Made by a program: the position numbers and the translations under genes | The notes under the pieces: generated by a model | Told to the model about the DNA's origin: nothing | The model's database searches: none | The model's input: the letters and a program-made list of their open reading frames with translations, nothing else | Part shown: positions 38,141 through 47,742 of the stretch, piece by piece | Position numbering within the stretch: the first letter of the stretch is position 1 | How the letters are laid out: every line of letters begins with the position of its first letter | Source: an uncultured delta proteobacterium | GTDB lineage: Bacteria; Myxococcota_A; Polyangia; Fen-1088 | Reading direction: 5' to 3' | DNA: 64,000 nt | Assembly (NCBI GenBank): GCA_963796685.1 | Contig: CAWCMR010000013.1 | Span: forward strand, 1-64,000

Positions 38141-38384
38141 GAGCACCGAACGGTTTGAAACCTGAGCAATTTCCGGATTCTAACCACAGAGGACACAGAG
38201 AACACTGAGACGGATGAGAAATGAAGGGTTCGGATCGAGATCCGGAAACCCTTCATTCTCTGGGCCTCTGTGCCCTCTGTGTTCTCTGTGGTGAAAAAGG
38301 GCTTGTGCGTGCTCTGCACGGCGGCCTCGGCAGCGCCAGGCAATCCCTTGGATTCAGGAGGAATTCAACCCGTTCGGTGCTCTA
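38139..38384. mobile_element. MITE family B with nested ACCACAGAG.ACACAGAG palindrome
   Basis: 21-bp TIRs with one mismatch, TAGAGCACCGAACGGTTTGAA / TTCAACCCGTTCGGTGCTCTA; internal palindrome at 38183-38292. Confidence 0.8.
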
Positions 38385-40802
38385 CGGGCTCGTCGGCAGC
38401 TTGCGCACGTAGAGCCTGAGCGACTCGCGCAGGAGGGGGCGATGGAAGAGACCGTCGACCTCGGCGGGCAGGTCGCGATTGCACCGCGTGTCCACCACCA
38501 AGAACGCAGCTTGTTGCAATGCCTGCGACAGGTCTCCGATGGGTGATTCCGGCGATGCCCAGGGTCTATCGGGATCGGGAATGACCAGACTGCCGAGCGA
38601 GTAGATCCCCTCGGCGTATGGCCCTTGGCAGGTCAGCATGACCACCCGGTCGCGCAGCCCGGGTGGCGGTGGCGTGGCTGGCATGCGAGCGATGGTGTAC
38701 TGGCCGATGGAGACGGGGGTCACGGTGTAGTTGAGGGCGAAGCCCAGGAACGCCAGATCGCTGGCCAGCGAATTCCAGCCCGTGACGTGGTCGGTTTCCC
38801 AAAGCAGGTGCGTGACGCCCAGGCTGGCAAGCTGGCCATAGATCGCCGCTGGCGACCGGAGCGCGGCATAGCTGAAGCGGCTCTGCCACTGATCGTCGAC
38901 CACGCGCACCCCGAGCCCGAGCTGAAGTTGGATCTCGTGCACCAGCACGACAGCATCCTTCGGCAGGGTCTCGCCGATCTCGCCCATTGCGCCATAGGGC
39001 CGCAGACGATGCTCGGTGCGCAGGAAGCCCGAGGCCAGGAAATTGGAATCGATGCGCAGAGGCGAGTCGTACGCGATGTTGTGCGTGGGAAGGAACGGGA
39101 CGTCGCCGCCCCAGATCATCTGCACCGCCACCAGGACCACCACCAGCGCGCGCACCACGAGGTTGCGGCGACGCCAGATCAAGATGAGCGCGGCAGCAGT
39201 GGTCGCGGCCATGATGGGCAGCCAGGCTTGCAGGTAGCGGTCCTGGTGGTTGGTGAGATACCAGAACACGATGGCGACCATTACGCCGATGCAGGCCAGC
39301 CACAGCCGAACGCCCGCGCGTACGAAAGGCAAGCACAGCAGGGTCAAGGTGAAGAGCGAGCCGAAGACCGGAACGTCGTGGTGGAACGACCACCAATCGT
39401 TGGGCTTGAACGAGAAGGTGAGGGTGGCCAGGAGCGCATCCTTCACCCCTTGCCAGCCCGGGCTGGGCGGGGCCTGGAAGGACATGAACACGCGCAAGGC
39501 CGCGGGTGAATCCGCCGTCCAGGGATGCACATGGAGCCAGCGGTAAAGCACCGGATAAAGCGGGTCGCCATACCAGATCCAATTCGTCAGCCAGTGGGGC
39601 GCGCTCAGCGCCAGGGCTGTCGCGCCGCAGGCGAGCACGGTTCCGAGCACCGGTTGGCGCCGCCCGCGAAGACACCGGATGGCCAGCCACCCGGCCCGGA
39701 CGACGAAGAGACAGGCCGGGAACACGAGCACGGCCCAAGCCGAATACTTCGACATTTCGACGGCCGCGGCCAAGGCTCCGAACAGGATGCCGTCGCGAAC
39801 CGACCACGACGTCCACACCCGGACCAACGCCAGCACCAGGGGGATGCACCACAGCGCCGCCATGTGGTCGGCGCCCGCGTGCAGGTTTCCGTCATAGAGG
39901 AAAATCCCCGGGAATAGAAAAATCGCGACCCAGGTCTTGCGGCCGGACGCGCCCGGAATCAAGGCTCGAACCAGGGCCGGGATGCTGGCGATGGTGGCGA
40001 GAAAGACCGCCAGCTCGAGGTGGGCGCACAGCTCCAGCTTCTGGAACAGCAGGCCGCCGGGGAGCAGAAAAGCCCAGGTGTAGACCAGGCTTGCCGAGTG
40101 TGGGTACGCCGCCAGCCACCAGCCCTCGGGCGAGGGTCGCACGGCACCCTCCAGGGCGTACTGCTGCGCGATGGGCAGGTGGTACCAGCGCGCGTCCCAA
40201 CTGAACGGGGCCGGTGAAAGGACCTGGAAGTACAGCAGGCCGATGGCGCCCGCACCAAACACGATGAGCGCGAGATCGGTGAAGGTCTGCGCCCGAACCA
40301 GTCCGCGCCAGCCGCGAACGACCCGGCGCAACTGCCCGAGCCCGGACAGCAAGAAGGCGAGCGGCAGCAAGGCGAACACGACGCCGTTCAGGGCTCCCGC
40401 CAGCCCGAGAAGAAAGATCGCCAGTTGAAACGCGAGCACCCCGACGGGGAAGGCGAGAACGAGATCGGCCGGGCTCTGGCAGGGAAGTCGCACGAGGCGC
40501 GACGAGATGAAACATCCCGCCGAAGCGCAACTGGCCGCCCACAGGCTGGCCAGACCGCCAACCAGTAGGTAGTGCCAGAACAGCCAGTTCTGGATCGGGT
40601 AGTGCTGGTGCACCACTCCAAGGAAGATCGCGATGGCCGCGACCAGCGCAAGAGCGAGAAGAACCGTCGAGATTCGCTCCTTCCATGAACGGTTGAGAGA
40701 CGCAGGCGTCTCTTGGGAAGCCTCGCGAAGAGGCTCCCCGTTGGTCGATGGGCTGGTCATGGCGGCGCCATCATGCCCTGACGTGCTGGAGCGCAACAAC
40801 AT
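38382..40802 (-). CDS. Multi-pass membrane protein, probable GT-C (PMT/ArnT-like) glycosyltransferase
   Basis: Many TM helices; WDARWYHLP, KYS, GDPLYP and RYL motifs typical of GT-C folds. Start may be 40760. Confidence 0.6.
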   Translation of the reverse strand: MLLRSSTSGHDGAAMTSPSTNGEPLREASQETPASLNRSWKERISTVLLALALVAAIAIFLGVVHQHYPIQNWLFWHYLLVGGLASLWAASCASAGCFISSRLVRLPCQSPADLVLAFPVGVLAFQLAIFLLGLAGALNGVVFALLPLAFLLSGLGQLRRVVRGWRGLVRAQTFTDLALIVFGAGAIGLLYFQVLSPAPFSWDARWYHLPIAQQYALEGAVRPSPEGWWLAAYPHSASLVYTWAFLLPGGLLFQKLELCAHLELAVFLATIASIPALVRALIPGASGRKTWVAIFLFPGIFLYDGNLHAGADHMAALWCIPLVLALVRVWTSWSVRDGILFGALAAAVEMSKYSAWAVLVFPACLFVVRAGWLAIRCLRGRRQPVLGTVLACGATALALSAPHWLTNWIWYGDPLYPVLYRWLHVHPWTADSPAALRVFMSFQAPPSPGWQGVKDALLATLTFSFKPNDWWSFHHDVPVFGSLFTLTLLCLPFVRAGVRLWLACIGVMVAIVFWYLTNHQDRYLQAWLPIMAATTAAALILIWRRRNLVVRALVVVLVAVQMIWGGDVPFLPTHNIAYDSPLRIDSNFLASGFLRTEHRLRPYGAMGEIGETLPKDAVVLVHEIQLQLGLGVRVVDDQWQSRFSYAALRSPAAIYGQLASLGVTHLLWETDHVTGWNSLASDLAFLGFALNYTVTPVSIGQYTIARMPATPPPPGLRDRVVMLTCQGPYAEGIYSLGSLVIPDPDRPWASPESPIGDLSQALQQAAFLVVDTRCNRDLPAEVDGLFHRPLLRESLRLYVRKLPTSP

Positions 40803-41273
40803 CTAGTTCAGCTTCGAGAGCATCGCGCGAAGCGTGGAGACATGCCCGCGATCCGCGGCCATCATGGCGGCGAGCAACTGCTTACACTGCGGATGGGTGA
40901 AGACCAGGATCTGGTCGGCGTGCAGGGTATGCATCGATTCCTCGAAATCGATGGCGGCCACCAGCGCCTCGCGTACCGACGGTGGGTGCAGCCGGTATTC
41001 CTCGATGGTGGTCTCGACGGCCCGGCGAACGCGCTCCAGGGCCGAGGCATCGACCAAGCTGGCGGAAACCGTGTCCGACATGGTGTCGATGAGCAGCGAG
41101 AACTGCGCCGCGTGGTTCATCTCCTCGCGCGCGGTCTTCTTCCACAGTTGCGCCACGACTGCGTCATGGGTGTGCAAGCTGGCCAGCTCCTCGTAGAGTC
41201 CGGCCACCGCGAGCTCGACGGATCGGCAAGCCGTCAGCACCCGATAAACTTCCTGGGCAACTTCAGACGGCAT
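40803..41273 (-). CDS. Ferritin-like/rubrerythrin-family protein
   Basis: E..LY, EEMNH, FEE, DRGH di-iron-like helical motifs. Confidence 0.65.
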   Translation of the reverse strand: MPSEVAQEVYRVLTACRSVELAVAGLYEELASLHTHDAVVAQLWKKTAREEMNHAAQFSLLIDTMSDTVSASLVDASALERVRRAVETTIEEYRLHPPSVREALVAAIDFEESMHTLHADQILVFTHPQCKQLLAAMMAADRGHVSTLRAMLSKLN

Positions 41274-41413
41274 GCGCGGAAAAACCTAGCAGAAGAGGAT
41301 GGCTCTAAGGAAGCCAGGAATGGGTACTATGGCCGTTGGGAGGCAATGACGCGCGGAGGATCTTGGGTCGATATTCGGCGCAAGCGTTTGGGGCGCGGTA
41401 CCATCCCCACTCC

Positions 41414-42760
41414 ATGCAAGAGCAGTCTGAAATCGCGCGCCGCCTTTCGCCACGAGCGCACGCGTTGACCCTGGAAATCGTGGCCGAGGCGCGCGCCGAG
41501 TGGGGCTTCGCCACGGACATTCTGGCCCGTGCCTTTCGCGAACGACGCGATCTGGCCAGCAGCGACCGGCGCATGGTGGCCGAAGCCGTCTATGGCCTTC
41601 TGCGCTGGGAGCGGCTGCTCGAGGCCATCGTCGAGGAAATGCTGTCGTCGTCGCGCGGGCGGCGCGAGGCGATCTCGGAAATGGCGCGGCAGGAGTTGAA
41701 GCTGCTGGTGTACGAGCTGCGCAACGGCATTCCGGCCGAGGCGGTCCAAGCCGACGTGCGCAGACTGGCGGGCCGCGAGTTGAACTTGGACAAGGCCACT
41801 GCCGAGAACGCCGGCCTGGCGGGCCGCGAAGGCGTGGATCGCGAGGCCATACGCGTGTCGTTCCCCACCTGGCTGTTTCAACGCTTCATCGATAGCCATG
41901 GTGAAACTGGGGCAACCACGCTGGCCACGGCGATGAACACGCGGGCGCCGATGTGCGTGCGCGCCAATACCGTGAAGGCAACGCGTGACGAGCTCGTCGT
42001 CCGCCTGGCCGAGGAAAGGATCGTGGCGCAGCCGACGCGGCTGTCCCCGGTCGGGCTTTGCCTCGAGACCCGCGTGAACGCCTTCGGCCTGACCGCGTTT
42101 CGCGAGGGCCTTTTCGAGGTCATGGACGAAGGAAGTCAGCTCGTGGCCGAGGCCGTGGCGCCGCCGCCGCGCAGCCGCGTGGTCGACGCCTGCGCAGGGG
42201 CAGGGGGCAAGACCTTGGCGCTGGCGGCTATGCTCGCCAACCAGGGCCGCATCCTGGCCCTCGACACCAGCGGCAAGAAGCTGGAAGAGCTGCGGCGGCG
42301 GGCACGGCGCGCCGGGATCTCCAACCTGGCCGCGCGCGAGGTCGGCGGCCCCGCGTTGCCGGCCGAGGCCAAGCTGGGCGCCTGGGATCGGGTGCTGGTC
42401 GACGCGCCCTGCTCGGGCCTGGGAACCCTGCGCAGAAACCCCGAGGCGCGCTGGCGGCTCACGCCCAAGGCCGTGGATGCCTATCCCGCGGATCAGCTTG
42501 CCCTGCTGATTGCCTACGCGCCCTTGGTGGCCGTCGGTGGTCGCTTGATCTATGCCACCTGCTCGGTGCTGCGCGAAGAGAACGACGCCGTGGTCGAGCG
42601 CTTTCTGCGCGAGCGATCGGATTTCGTGGTCATGCCCATCAAGGAGATCTGGGGCAAGGCGCGCGCAACGGAACTGGGCGACGAGACCTTCCTGCGCCTG
42701 CTCCCGCACGTGCACGACACCGACGGCTTCTTCGCCGCGGTCTTGCGACGCAAAGACTAA
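41414..42760 (+). CDS. RsmB/NOP-family RNA m5C methyltransferase
   Basis: DEGSQL, DACAGAGGK, VDAPCSG, YATCS, TDGFF. Confidence 0.9.
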   Translation: MQEQSEIARRLSPRAHALTLEIVAEARAEWGFATDILARAFRERRDLASSDRRMVAEAVYGLLRWERLLEAIVEEMLSSSRGRREAISEMARQELKLLVYELRNGIPAEAVQADVRRLAGRELNLDKATAENAGLAGREGVDREAIRVSFPTWLFQRFIDSHGETGATTLATAMNTRAPMCVRANTVKATRDELVVRLAEERIVAQPTRLSPVGLCLETRVNAFGLTAFREGLFEVMDEGSQLVAEAVAPPPRSRVVDACAGAGGKTLALAAMLANQGRILALDTSGKKLEELRRRARRAGISNLAAREVGGPALPAEAKLGAWDRVLVDAPCSGLGTLRRNPEARWRLTPKAVDAYPADQLALLIAYAPLVAVGGRLIYATCSVLREENDAVVERFLRERSDFVVMPIKEIWGKARATELGDETFLRLLPHVHDTDGFFAAVLRRKD

Positions 42761-42769
42761 GGCTGTGTC

Positions 42770-43303
42770 TCACTCGTCGCCGGAGGCGGCAAGGAGCTGG
42801 GTCAAGTTGCGGGTGGTGGTGAAGGTCCTGGGCTTCATGCGGTCGATGTAGAGGGTCCCGTCCAGGTGGTCGATCTCGTGCTGCAGAATGCGCGCGTACC
42901 AGCCGCTGGCTTCGATCTTCACGGGCGCTCCATGGTGATCGAGGGCGTCGACGGTCACCGCCTCGGCCCGGGGCACCAGGGCCTGGAAGCCATCGATGCT
43001 GAGGCAGCCCTCGTAGTGCTCGACGAGCCCCGGTCCGAGCGTGAGCTGCGGGTTGACGAGGACGTGAAAGGGGACCGGCGCGCGCTCCTTTTCAGGTACC
43101 TGGGCAATATCCTCGATGACCGCGAGTCGCAGCGGTAGGCCGACCTGCGGTGCGGCCAAGCCCACGCCGGGCGCCTCGCGCATGGTCTCGCGCATCCAGG
43201 CGATGAGTTGCTGGATCTCCACGCTCTTCACCTCGTCGGGGGTGAGCGGTTGCGTGCCACTGCGGAGCACGGGAGCGCCGACTTGGACGATCTTGAGAAG
43301 CAT
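42770..43303 (-). CDS. def: Peptide deformylase
   Basis: GVGLAAPQ, EGCLS, QHEIDHLDG. Confidence 0.96.
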   Translation of the reverse strand: MLLKIVQVGAPVLRSGTQPLTPDEVKSVEIQQLIAWMRETMREAPGVGLAAPQVGLPLRLAVIEDIAQVPEKERAPVPFHVLVNPQLTLGPGLVEHYEGCLSIDGFQALVPRAEAVTVDALDHHGAPVKIEASGWYARILQHEIDHLDGTLYIDRMKPRTFTTTRNLTQLLAASGDE

Positions 43304-43425
43304 AGACAAAGTATGCCCTTGACCGTCTCGGCGCGGAAATGGAATCACGGCCGTCGCCGCGTCGCAAGCGCTTGCTCCGATCCCCTCAGCGGGGCGGCGC
43401 GGTTCCGTCGTGTTACCATGATGGG

Positions 43426-44754
43426 ATGCAACCCTGCCGAGGTCCTCTGCGCGCCTTTCCGGTACGTGCTGGATTCGCCGAGATCGCGCAAGTCGTCGTC
43501 GTCGGCAGCCTGCTGTTGTTCGCGTCGCTCTCCGGGTGCTCCTCGACGGCGCGAGAGCCGGCCACGGCAGAGGACTCGGGAACCGCCGTCGGGATGAAGG
43601 ATGTGAGCGCGCCTGCCGAAGCGATCGATGGCCCCGCTGATCTGACCGGGCGATCCGACACGACCAGCGACGCCCTGGATCGCGCTGGACGCAGCGACAC
43701 GGGAAGCGATGGGCATGGCGACGACGGGACGACCGTGGACCTGGCACCTCTCTCCTGCCCTGCCAGCGCGACCGGCAATACGCCGCTCGGGACCGACGCG
43801 CCTCCTGCACACTGGAAAGTCACGGACGCGCTCACCTTCCTCGGCGTCGGGGGGACGGGAAGCTACGACCGCGTCGTCGACATGGCTCCTGGAAACTGGC
43901 CGCCTCCGTGCAGCGACGCCAACGCCTGCGTCAAGGCGAGCAAGTCCGTGTCCGGGCCCTTGGTTCCCTTCGACGAGGAGATGACCATGGTCTTCTCGGG
44001 TCCCATCGAGCTCTACGACATCGCTGTCTACGCGCCTGACGGCAGCGGGTACGCGCGCGTCTCGTATTGGAATCGCTGCGCGTCCGACAACCTGGTCTTC
44101 ATGAACAACCTCGGTGGCGGCAGTGTCAGCGGGGGGTGGACGGTGTGCGGCGGCAACAGCCAGTCCTACGCCTCGGCGGACGGCACCGCGGCCGCGCCAT
44201 CACCAACCCAGTTTGCCGGCTCGCTGGCCGACGGCATCGGCGTCAATGTGATGAGCGCCAGCCTGTGCCAGGGCACCGGCGACGGCAGCGAGTGCGGCTT
44301 CTACCGAGATGTGGGCTTACATGGATTCAAGGGCTCCGCCGACGGCAGCAAGCTCTTCGCGGTCAAGATGCGCATGCCGGTCGGCACGGTTACGCCGGCT
44401 TATTGGATCCTGCCGGCCCAGGTGGTGCGAACGGCCCAGTACGGGTGCAACTGCCGTGGCATGGGCGGTGCCGGTGGCTGCGGCGAGCTCGATGTCGCCG
44501 AGGTGCTTTCGTCCGACGACCCCATGGCGGCCACGTCGACCATCTATTCGTTCAAGTCGGTGCGCAACGGGAACGGCTCCACGTTCCAGCGCCCGGCCCT
44601 TGCCAGTGCCACCTTCGTCGTGATCTTCGACGGCGTGGTCGGCAGCATTTCGCTGCGGCGGCTGGACGCGAGCGCCTTCGACTTTGGCCCGGCAATCGCC
44701 GCCTCGGTCGTGGCGGCATGGCAGGCAAATCAGGGCGTTGCTTCGCAGATGTGA
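43426..44754 (+). CDS. Lipoprotein homologous to fungal TOS1/YJL171C (DUF2403+DUF2401), putative circularly permuted GH16-like beta-1,3-glucanase
   Basis: Lipobox LSGC; GPLVPFDEEMTMVFSGP, VFMNNLGG, GNSQSYASADG, CGFYR, HGF, PAYWIL..VRTAQYG..CNC, GCGELDVAEVL (ExDxxE). Confidence 0.75.
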   Translation: MQPCRGPLRAFPVRAGFAEIAQVVVVGSLLLFASLSGCSSTAREPATAEDSGTAVGMKDVSAPAEAIDGPADLTGRSDTTSDALDRAGRSDTGSDGHGDDGTTVDLAPLSCPASATGNTPLGTDAPPAHWKVTDALTFLGVGGTGSYDRVVDMAPGNWPPPCSDANACVKASKSVSGPLVPFDEEMTMVFSGPIELYDIAVYAPDGSGYARVSYWNRCASDNLVFMNNLGGGSVSGGWTVCGGNSQSYASADGTAAAPSPTQFAGSLADGIGVNVMSASLCQGTGDGSECGFYRDVGLHGFKGSADGSKLFAVKMRMPVGTVTPAYWILPAQVVRTAQYGCNCRGMGGAGGCGELDVAEVLSSDDPMAATSTIYSFKSVRNGNGSTFQRPALASATFVVIFDGVVGSISLRRLDASAFDFGPAIAASVVAAWQANQGVASQM

Positions 44755-44765
44755 GGAGGCCGTTC

Positions 44766-45941
44766 ATGATGAAAGTCCACGCGCGAGGGCTGTTCCGGGT
44801 GCTGCTCGGGCTCGCCACGGCATGCGGTTCGGGCGGCGGCAAGAGCAGCGCCGTGCATGACGGCGCCATGTCTGGCGATCTCGGCCCCGACCTCTTGCAA
44901 AGCTCCGGCGGTTCGCCAGGTACCGGCGGCGAAGCGGGTTCTGGTGGCGGGCCAGGCACCGGCGGCAAGCTCGGCACGGGCGGCGTGGTGGGCAGCGGCG
45001 GCGGAGCCGGCGCCACCGCCGGCGCGGGCGGGACCGCGCCGCCGCCGGGATTCTGGGACGCAGGCTCGATACCGACCGCCAAGAACGTGATGATGTTCGT
45101 CTTTCTCAACCGCACCAACGGCAAGTACGCCGACAGCGAGGTCTACTGGAGCTTCAAGAGCGGTTCGATTTCCGAGCTCCATTCCATTGCCGAGCAGGCG
45201 AGCTACGACATGCCCGCCAATTCCTCGGGTCGGATGTACTTCTACTTGTGCGCCAAGAGCGATGCGACCTGCGCCAGCGACCCGAGCAAGAGCCAGTACT
45301 TCGACTTCATCGAGCACACCATCGGCCCGACCCAATACAACGGCAACACCACGCGGGTCGATGCCTTCGGCATCAAGATCGCCATGCGCCTGCATTGCGC
45401 CGACGGGTTCGACGACGCCGTCGGCGAAGACTACGCAACCTTCTCGGAAGATCGCGCGGCGACCTTCCAGCGTTTCATCGACGCCGTTCCCGATGCGTTC
45501 AAGCCGCTCGCGCAAGCCCCCCACGCTCCCTATCGCATCGTCGAACCCGGCGCGGACGGATTCAAGACCGGCGGTGCGTATGCCAATTACTACGATTCCT
45601 TCGTCGATTCCTTGTGGGCGGCCAACGGCCTGACGGTCGCCAAACCCGGCCCGAACGGCAGCGGGCTGGGATCGTATCCGGATCTTTCGGCCGCCATCTT
45701 CCGCCACGTCGGCAACCTCGCCGGAACCTTCGACCCGAGCGGCAAGCTGCTCGACAAGACGCTCTGGAAGGACAGCTCGACCTTCTATCAAACCGCCCCC
45801 GCCGACTACTACGCCAGGTTCTGGCACGACAATGCCCTCGGAGGGCGCGCGTATGGCTTCTCCTACGACGATGTCGGCAGTTATTCGAGCTACATGTCGC
45901 ACGCCAACCCGCAATACATGCTGGTTGCGATCGGCTGGTAG
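44766..45941 (+). CDS. GH64 beta-1,3-glucanase lipoprotein with G/S/T linker
   Basis: RBS GAGGAGG; lipobox ATAC; SGRMYF, FDFIEHT, NTTRVDAFG, FYQTAPADYYARFWH, AYGFSYDDV. Confidence 0.85.
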   Translation: MMKVHARGLFRVLLGLATACGSGGGKSSAVHDGAMSGDLGPDLLQSSGGSPGTGGEAGSGGGPGTGGKLGTGGVVGSGGGAGATAGAGGTAPPPGFWDAGSIPTAKNVMMFVFLNRTNGKYADSEVYWSFKSGSISELHSIAEQASYDMPANSSGRMYFYLCAKSDATCASDPSKSQYFDFIEHTIGPTQYNGNTTRVDAFGIKIAMRLHCADGFDDAVGEDYATFSEDRAATFQRFIDAVPDAFKPLAQAPHAPYRIVEPGADGFKTGGAYANYYDSFVDSLWAANGLTVAKPGPNGSGLGSYPDLSAAIFRHVGNLAGTFDPSGKLLDKTLWKDSSTFYQTAPADYYARFWHDNALGGRAYGFSYDDVGSYSSYMSHANPQYMLVAIGW

Positions 45942-46261
45942 ATCGCCGCGCCTGGCACGCTCCCTGCAAAAGCGGGAGACATGAGGTCGATCGGCTGCTG
46001 GCCCGTGTTCACCAACCGCAAGATTCGCTTGGCCGTGGGCCATCTTTTCGTATTTCTCGTCGCGGTGTGCGCAAGCGGCGCGGTGGCGGGTGATGACTTT
46101 TCGACACCGGCTGCCACCGAGGCCGATCCGTCTCCCCCCAATGGCTATCTCTCGCTCGGCGTGGGCGACACGTCCATCCGGCCCACGGCGACCGCCAGTC
46201 TCTCGGCGGACTGGGCGCACGTGCTCTTGGGCGTGCGCGCGAGCAGGACCACCTCCTTCTC

Positions 46262-46317
46262 CCTCGATGCCCTTCGAGACGCTGGTTCGGGACCTGAAGC
46301 GTCGTGGCAAGCTGTAG
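46262..46317 (+). pseudogene. C-terminal remnant of a CopG/RHH-type antitoxin
   Basis: PSMPFETLVRDLKRRGKL* overlaps the RelE start, the usual layout for the antitoxin tail. Upstream DNA encodes an unrelated signal-peptide fragment. Confidence 0.55.
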
Positions 46318-46561
46318 GATCGAAGTCAAGAGGTCCGCCGCCAAGGAGGTCGCCGGGCTCCCGAAGGCGGACTGCCAACGCGTCGTCGCAAAGCTCCAGG
46401 CTCTTGCGGACGAGCCGCGGCCGCATGGCTGCGAGAAGCTGACCGGCGACGAGAAATGCCGCGTACGACAGGGTAACTACCGGATCCTCTACGAAATCGA
46501 CGACGATGCCAGAACGATCACCATCGTGAAGGTCGGGAACCGCAAAGAGGTCTATCGCTGA
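46304..46561 (+). CDS. RelE/ParE-family toxin
   Basis: SAAKE, LADEPRPHGCEKLTG, RVRQGNYRILYEI, VKVGNRKEVYR. Confidence 0.88.
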   Translation: MASCRIEVKRSAAKEVAGLPKADCQRVVAKLQALADEPRPHGCEKLTGDEKCRVRQGNYRILYEIDDDARTITIVKVGNRKEVYR

Positions 46562-46573
46562 CGGAGCGGGTCT

Positions 46574-46677
46574 GCCCAACGGCTTGCCGTTAAGCTGCAG
46601 CCCGCCGCCGAGTCGGCCTGTCGATTCTACACCGATCTTCCGGCGGTGGGATTGACAGCTGCAACGGGATGTTAGGC
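46574..46677 (-). mobile_element. Integron attC site 1
   Basis: Minus strand R'' GCCTAAC ... imperfect palindrome ... R' GTTGGGC; contains the stop codon of the upstream cassette gene. Confidence 0.8.
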
Positions 46678-47046
46678 GCCACCTGAAAGGACGTGCTTCT
46701 TGAGTCCGTTGAGTTCCTCGATGATCCGAGAGACCTTCTGGGGAACCTGCCACTCCATGCCGAATCGTTGGAGTTCCGCTCTTAGGTATCGAACGTCAAC
46801 CGCGTCACCAAGTCTCTCCACCGCGCGGATCGCCGCCTCGAAAAGGGCTGGATGCTCGGCGAGTACTTCTGGTTCGACTCCAATCCAAACGCCCGGTCCC
46901 TGCCATTCCCATTGCCGTATGCTTTGGGCCAGTGCCCGTAGCCCCAGATCCATCGCACCCAGGATTAGAAAGTGCCTCACGAGTTCGACATCCCCATCTC
47001 GCATCGCGAGAACAGACGATCCGTTCGTGAAAAGATGATGTCCCAT
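46672..47046 (-). CDS. Hypothetical gene-cassette protein
   Basis: ORF exactly fills the space between two attC sites; its TAA lies within R''. Confidence 0.7.
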   Translation of the reverse strand: MGHHLFTNGSSVLAMRDGDVELVRHFLILGAMDLGLRALAQSIRQWEWQGPGVWIGVEPEVLAEHPALFEAAIRAVERLGDAVDVRYLRAELQRFGMEWQVPQKVSRIIEELNGLKKHVLSGGA

Positions 47047-47052
47047 GTGAGC

Positions 47053-47123
47053 GCCTAACGGCTTGCCGTTAAGCGGTGGGCGGCCTTCTGCGGCCGACCA
47101 TCCGCTTCAAAGGCTTGTTAGCC
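47053..47123 (-). mobile_element. Integron attC site 2
   Basis: Minus strand R'' GGCTAAC ... R' GTTAGGC, 71-bp imperfect palindrome. Confidence 0.85.
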
Positions 47124-47446
47124 GCCGACAAACCCGGGTGCACGCCCGTGACAATGATCTTCTTGTCGCCAAAGGCCGCGACAATTTCTAGCCGTCCTCC
47201 GATGGCAGAAAGATATCGCTGCAGAGTGGAAATCTGGCAATCGTCGAAACGTTCCCGACCCTCAAGCCGGGAGACGTCGGCCTGGTCCATCTGAGCGACG
47301 TCGGTAACATCAACCTGCGTCTTTCCCGCTGCTTCGCGGAGAGTTCGCAGTGTCAGATGAACCCCCCGTTGGGCGCGCAAGCCTCGACCGAGAACCCGTA
47401 TAGGGTCCTCATCCAGCTCAATCTTCCGCTTGGTTGCGTGGCTCAT
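47069..47446 (-). CDS. XRE-type HTH protein, probable antitoxin
   Basis: LRTLREAAGKTQ..MDQADVSRLE..STLQRYLSAIGGRLEI; overlaps the stop of the upstream toxin gene. Confidence 0.8.
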   Translation of the reverse strand: MSHATKRKIELDEDPIRVLGRGLRAQRGVHLTLRTLREAAGKTQVDVTDVAQMDQADVSRLEGRERFDDCQISTLQRYLSAIGGRLEIVAAFGDKKIIVTGVHPGLSAANKPLKRMVGRRRPPTA

Positions 47447-47732
47447 GTCTCTCCTCCAGTTTCATAAACTTCTCGTTCGCCTCCGGTCGTCGGACGGGCA
47501 CTGATGATCCGGTCACGTGCCCCGCGTTCGACGTGAACGACGTACAGCAAGCGTTCGCGTAGCGATGTCCCGATGACCACCAGCCGGCCGATTCCTGACC
47601 CATCATCAAGATAGACCGCGTACGGATCGGCAAAACCGTCGCGGCTTCGGGGAACGACACGCCGTGCTTCGCAAGATTCGACGCAGCCTTGGCCGAGTCC
47701 CATTCAAAGTCGCCATCGAACACCGTTGGCAT
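47443..47732 (-). CDS. BrnT-family (DUF497) toxin, frameshift near 47635
   Basis: FEWDSAKAASNLAKHGVSFPEAATV, then a shift at a T4 run into ADP...RIISAR. Confidence 0.8.
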
Positions 47733-47742
47733 CGCATTCACA

